From NCBI GenBank assembly GCA_002633005.1, contig NMRA01000102.1, forward strand, positions 370,833-434,832: a stretch of DNA of 64,000 nt, written 5' to 3'. Each line of letters opens with the position of its first letter. Position 1 is the stretch's first letter. Shown here piece by piece: positions 52,017 to 64,000 of this stretch. The notes below the pieces were generated by a model. That model made no database searches and had not been told where the DNA came from. It saw only the letters and a program-made list of their open reading frames with translations. Made by a program: the position numbers and the translations under genes. This stretch comes from Phoronis australis. Lineage: Eukaryota > Animalia > Phoronida.

Positions 52017-52519
52017 TTCACTCATTCAGTTCTCTACACATTCAGCTCAGTATCTGAAGGGCTGCGTCCGTAAGTTGGGGTAGGTTACTGGGGATGGATG
52101 GCCACATTGCAAGTTGGGGTAGGTTACTGGGGATGGATGGCCACATTGCAAGTATGCAATGGTCCGGTTTACATTTTAGCTTGATATTTGATTTACTACA
52201 GTGATAAGCTGTCTGTTGTCCGAGTGGAATGTGCCTGAGCATTCGGTTATTTCAATGGTTGCATTTTTCTCATTTAATTTTGAAAGTTAATTATAAATTA
52301 GCTTATGTTAACCATAACGTTTTTTTTTGGTCAAAATCGACACATTTGCCAAAAATTCGCCTACATTTCCATAAGTTGTTCCATATTGAAGAACAGCACT
52401 GTCTGTGGCCTGGCATTCAGATGGTGTCATCATCCCGGGTTGAGTTACCAGTTGTGTAAACAAACTAGGCACTAGTATCCTAATTGATCTATCCTTGTGG
52501 AGCGAGTTCTGAGCCTGGG

Positions 52520-53672
52520 CAAAATAGCATTCGTAAATGCTTTCTCAAAAATGGCTACTAGGAGGCACTGCAGTTGTCGAATGCACCCAAAGTTTAATGT
52601 TGCTGGTGCAATCTCATAGTTTACCTCTGTGTTAAGTTTCAATGAAATCCATCAAACGATTCTTTAGATATCATCCGGAAACGCTCTTCCCCCAAACAAC
52701 ACTTCAAAAGCCCCATGTCGAAAACTAAATGTCCATTAGACGGTGTTACAGTGCTCATATCTGCCTGGAAATTTAATGATGCCCCTCATTCCCCCAACAT
52801 ACATCTTTGCAACATTCATTGAAATCCTTCACTCAGTTCTCTACGTGTCATTTGAAAACGCTTGCACAAAATGGCCACTAGGAGGGACAGCAGTTGTCAA
52901 ATCTGCCCGAAAATCAGTGCAGACACAATCTCACGTAAAGCTTCTAGTCAATGAAATCTGTCAACCTGTTCTTTAAATATCCAGATACGCTCTTCCCACA
53001 AACAACACTTCAAACGCCCACGTTGAAAACAAAATGGCCACTAGGGGGCATTGCAATAATCGAATCCACCAGAAAATTCACTGGTGCTGCCGCTTTGTCA
53101 TCACAAACCACTATGTCAACGTTCCTCATTTGAAATTCTTCACTGGGTTCTCTGCACATCATCCGGAAACACTCGCACAAAATGGCCACTAAATAAAGAG
53201 GCACTGCAGTTGTCGAATCCGGCCGAAAATCAAATGGTATATCTGTGTCACGTTTCAATGTAATTCACTCATGGGTTCTCTAGGTATAATACAGAAATGC
53301 TCTTCTCCCAAAAGAACACTTGAAAAGCCCTCGTTGAGAACAATATGTCCTCTAGGAGGGGTTGCATTGGTCGAATCTTCCCAAAAATTTAAACGTTGAT
53401 GTCATCGTTTTATTGAAATCTAGTCTATCCATGCACTAGATATCATATGGAAAACCTCCTTCCCCAATAATACAAAAAAGCCAGACCCCCCTGACCCCAG
53501 GGGGTGGGGCAGATTGAAAAGTGGCCTGAACCGTTTTAATGATGCCCTACACTCTTGTGCCAAATTTCATTAAAAACCGACCAAGCATTTTTGAGATATT
53601 GAGCAGACAACCTAAAAACCAAGCAGTGACGACAATATGAGACCAAGTGTACATATGTGGGCATATAATAAA
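52520..53672. mobile_element. Related, more diverged Helentron-like element between the SPTSSA and PSMA3 3' ends
   Basis: Repeats with AAAATGGCCACTAGGNGG cores and a degenerate terminus (GACAATATGAGACC...ATATGTGGGCATATAA); left boundary approximate. Confidence 0.55.
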
Positions 53673-53908
53673 ACTGGACTTCAAAATATCAAGAAACATT
53701 TATTTACAAATGAGATACACAATGGCTACAATTCCTCTCATGCACCATTAGTACATATTTCGTGATCCTTCCTGTTGATGCAGAGTACTAGTCATTTCTA
53801 GGTTCAAACTGCAACCAAATTCAGTTCTCTTTACAAAGACAAACACTTGTGAGTCTGTTGTTGCTGACATGGTCATTATTTCCTACTCTCTGCTCTCCTA
53901 ATGTTGGT

Positions 53909-60737
<6,829 letters not shown>

Positions 60738-60903
60738 CTGCAATCATAAACAAAACCACTAACTATACCAGAACTAGGGTTTTGTGCTAGCACTGCACTA
60801 GATATTGAAACAAAAAATACCAGTTAAGTATGAAAACTGAAATTGTGGCCAGTTTAATATTTTCAGGCTTTATTTTCCAATTCAAAATCAACTGTAACTA
60901 GAA

Positions 60904-62650
60904 ACAACAGCAACACAGAGCGTTGAAATGCACCATGACAGCAAGTTTATTAGTGTCAAAAATGGACACCAGGTGGCACAGAATATGTCAAATCCATTCC
61001 AAAATGGACAGATGATTGCTATCGCCATTGCAACAGAAATTTGTTTGCCACATTTCAATAAAAACTGTCAAAGAACCCTGAAAATACAGATACAATCGTA
61101 TAAACTACCATACACTTGCGAGTTAACGCCCATGCCCGGGCAATCGCCCACCTCCGCCCGCCTTTCGCCAAATTTCGGTGTAAGCGCACACTGTACGGGT
61201 AATCGTCCATCCCCCACTTTGCGCAAATTTCAGCTTCTGGGATAATCGCCTATCCCCAACTTACCGCTAACAGAACTTCGGTCTGAACTTGTGCTTTTGT
61301 TCGCAGCTTTGCCTCGGGCTCGGACTTCCGTGTTTGCGGGAAACACGGCTTGTTTATGAACGATAGTCTCGAAAAGTGCGTTTTTGGCCGGTATTTGTGC
61401 AACAACCTTTTCTTAAACTTATCTACTGGACTTTTGTTCAATTAATATTGCAAAGTTTAGGTTGGGCCGCGAACAAATCGTCTGTGTTTTAACCGAGGAA
61501 ACGAAATGTAGTCACGTCCACTGATCTGAAACAGTACGGTATGGTAAGTGGACTGCGATTCAAGTTTCATAAAGTTCCGCAGTATGACATTTTGCAGCGC
61601 GCTAATATATTTGAGAACATCAGTCGGTCTCGCGAAATCATCCCTTCAAAGTTGAAATCCTGTTTCTGTTTGAGCCATGAGAAAAATTGTGGTTGTCAGG
61701 TTAAGCAGATTTACCGAACTTCCGTGCTCGAATGAACACCCCGTGCGCTTGCCCAGTTCGGCTAAAATTTGGACGTCAGCCGCTAGTTCTTGGGTAATTG
61801 TCCACCCCCAACATTTGCCAATTTTCAGTTTAAGCGCCCACTGCTTGGATTACCGCCCACCACCCAGTCTAAGTCTCAAGGTTTCCCAATTTAAGCGCCC
61901 ACGGCATTAACTCGCGAATTGCCACTAAGGGGTACAGCGGTAGTCAGAACTGTCCAAAACTTGTATCAAACTAATTCTTGCAAAATATCAGAGACCCTTC
62001 AAAGGAGTGAGGTGATACAGCCAAAGAAGCAACAAAGGCAAAAATTGCTACCAGAAGGTGTCACAGTTGTCAAGTACGTCGGTAAATCTGTTCAACGTTT
62101 TATCAGGAATCAAAAACACACTCCAAAAAATAAAAATAACCACTAGGTAGTGCAAAAATACATCAAATCCATACAAAAATGGAAGGCTATCATCATAGAA
62201 ACCTATTTGCCAAATTTCAGGAAAATCCATAGATGAACTCTGAAAATACAGCGGCAACTAAAGCTGCCACTAAGGGGCACAGTGGTAGTCTAATGTGTCT
62301 GACACGTGTCATAAAATGTTGTCAGCTCCATAGGAACACGTCTGTGAAATTTCTACTAAAGGTCAAGGAAACAAAACCGTAGACAAAAAAATGCCACTAT
62401 GGGACACCAAAGTGCTGGAATCTGTCCGAATTCAACCTCCTGCTCATAAGAAACACTTGCCAATTTTCACCACAATCCTCAAAGTAGTTTGGCAAATAGA
62501 GAGGCGGACACCAAAAATAGACTCGAAACTGTTAAAAATCCCCACTAGGGAGCGGATAATACATAAAATATGTCCGAAAATAAAAAAGCATTGTCATCGC
62601 CTTCCTAATAGAAAGCTATTGGCCAAATTTCATGAAAATGCACCCAAGAA
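60904..62650. mobile_element. Diverged Helentron-like copy, interrupted by a MITE and cut off by a Kolobok-like insertion
   Basis: Starts ACAACAGCAACACAGAGCGTTGAAATGCACC; CCACTA-type units near 60963, 61920, 62139, 62265, 62393 and 62540. Confidence 0.55.
61106..61920. mobile_element. TIR MITE with pogo-like ends
   Basis: CTTGCGAGTTAACGCC / GGCATTAACTCGCGAA inverted ends and subterminal TAAGCGCCC motifs; it interrupts a repeat unit of the host element. Confidence 0.55.
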
Positions 62651-62654
62651 TTAA

Positions 62655-63250
62655 AGGAAAATGCCACCCGATTTAATTAGTCTTTTTAACCGTCTTAATT
62701 GGTCTATATCCACATCGCCTCTTATACGGTCGACCTCACCTTGCCGAGAGGTGTCGCGTTAACCTGTGAGGAAGGTGAGAAACGACGCAGCGACATCAGT
62801 GGTTCGTCTGCAGAGTGAAAGCCGCTATATTGCGGTGCATCGTTCCCGCTTGTCTGAACTATGAAGCTGCAAAGAATGCGGGTATATCGTTTTATTCGAT
62901 TTCCTCGTGACCCCGAAATGCTTAGGAAGTGGTTGCGGTAGTGAAGAATGAAAGGCACGCTGTTAATAGCAAGTATGAGGCCCTGAAGCATCTCCGTGTC
63001 TGTGGCCAGCATAGTGATTTCTCTGATGAATTCCAGCTTACCAAAGAACTATCCATACGTTCCGTTGCCTGTGCATGTTCATGGCGCCTCCCTAGTATTT
63101 CTTGATCGGTGTATTCCGGTTCGAACTGATAGCCTGTGAAACCTAACGATCCGACCCGTGAAGTCTTCGTCGGATGAGGTCTTGACTAAGTTGGGATTGG
63201 TACCGAGCAAGTTGCCATGTAGACGTTTATTATTCTGCGTTCTGTTTCAA
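62655..63250 (-). mobile_element. Kolobok-like DNA transposon relic with a degraded KolX-like (P2X7 C-terminus/Nanor-like) ORF
   Basis: TTAA|AGGAAAATGCCACCCG terminus; minus-strand peptides GYQFEPEYTDQEI and ...APQYSGFHSADE resemble the two ends of KolX-type proteins. Right boundary uncertain. Confidence 0.5.
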
Positions 63251-63552
63251 AATGAATTATTCTCATCCTAACCAATGCTTACATAAAACTGAAACAAAAT
63301 CTGTCTCATTAGATACAATTTGTAATGCCTTGGAGTATTTGTGAGTGCAAATTTTGAGAAGCCAGAAATGAATAAAACACCGGCTTTTGATGTTGGCAAT
63401 AAATGTAATTGACCAGGCACCGAGGCCCTGTGAGCGCATGCTAATTCAGTATTTGTTGACAGAAAGCTGTTGTGAAACAATTACAGTTTTATATGCTATG
63501 GTCACATGTTAGGGGAATCTTAATTTAGAAATACAAATACATTATTCAAATC

Positions 63553-64000
63553 ATTACTTGGCGGAATTCTTCCGCCAAGTATGTTGGTCTGAAAGCAATT
63601 TTTTTTATGTTCGCTCTCTACAGGTCGCAATTTTGGTCCGATTTTCATGAAATTAGCACACAACTTGTAGATCGGGAACTGCTAGAACGCTATTGTTTTT
63701 GGTCATGATCGGATACAAAATGACGTGGCAGCCATTTTGTATCCGATTTCACAGTCAAATACTCGTAGAGGCCGCATTTTTCGACCTACATTGCTGAAAA
63801 TTGGTACGAATATACTAGAACGCATGTGCTACAATTGTGCAGAAAATCGTTGACTTCCGGTTAAAGATGGCGGAAATATTGGACGTGGCGCATGCGCACC
63901 CCGAAATATGGCTAAAAACGTTTTCTCCTGTAGAGGGCGCAATTGCAAACCAATCACTTTCAAACTGGTCGCGTGTTTGTTGAGTTTAATAAGCTTTTAT
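63553..64000. mobile_element. Second Helentron-like repeat family, running off the right edge
   Basis: Terminal hairpin ACTTGGCGGAA-TTC-TTCCGCCAAGT followed by ~145-bp degenerate repeats (GTAGAGGNCGCA...GAAANTTGG). Confidence 0.45.

Overview
Intron-rich genomic DNA from an animal, probably an invertebrate bilaterian; the taxon cannot be fixed from the sequence alone. Four conserved spliced genes are visible. BAZ1A/ACF1 (minus strand, ATG 20648) runs off the left edge. A TBP-family gene (minus, 33221-42706) is complete. SPTSSA (plus, 43437-50150) sits head-to-head with TBP and is split by a U12-type minor intron. The 3' half of PSMA3 (minus, 53909-60737) continues off the right edge. Introns and intergenic DNA hold many nested mobile elements: Helitron/Helentron-like elements whose ~150-bp internal repeats each carry a CTCF-like motif, three TA-flanked TIR elements carrying a standalone HIRAN-like ORF, Kolobok/THAP, hAT and Harbinger-like MITEs, tRNA-derived SINEs, L1/Tx1-like and RNase H-bearing LINE relics, and a Penelope-like inverted repeat with hammerhead-like cores. 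Several minisatellites are built from exon-intron junctions, so they multiply real splice sites. All exon and element coordinates were read by eye, and family names rest on motif recognition rather than database searches.
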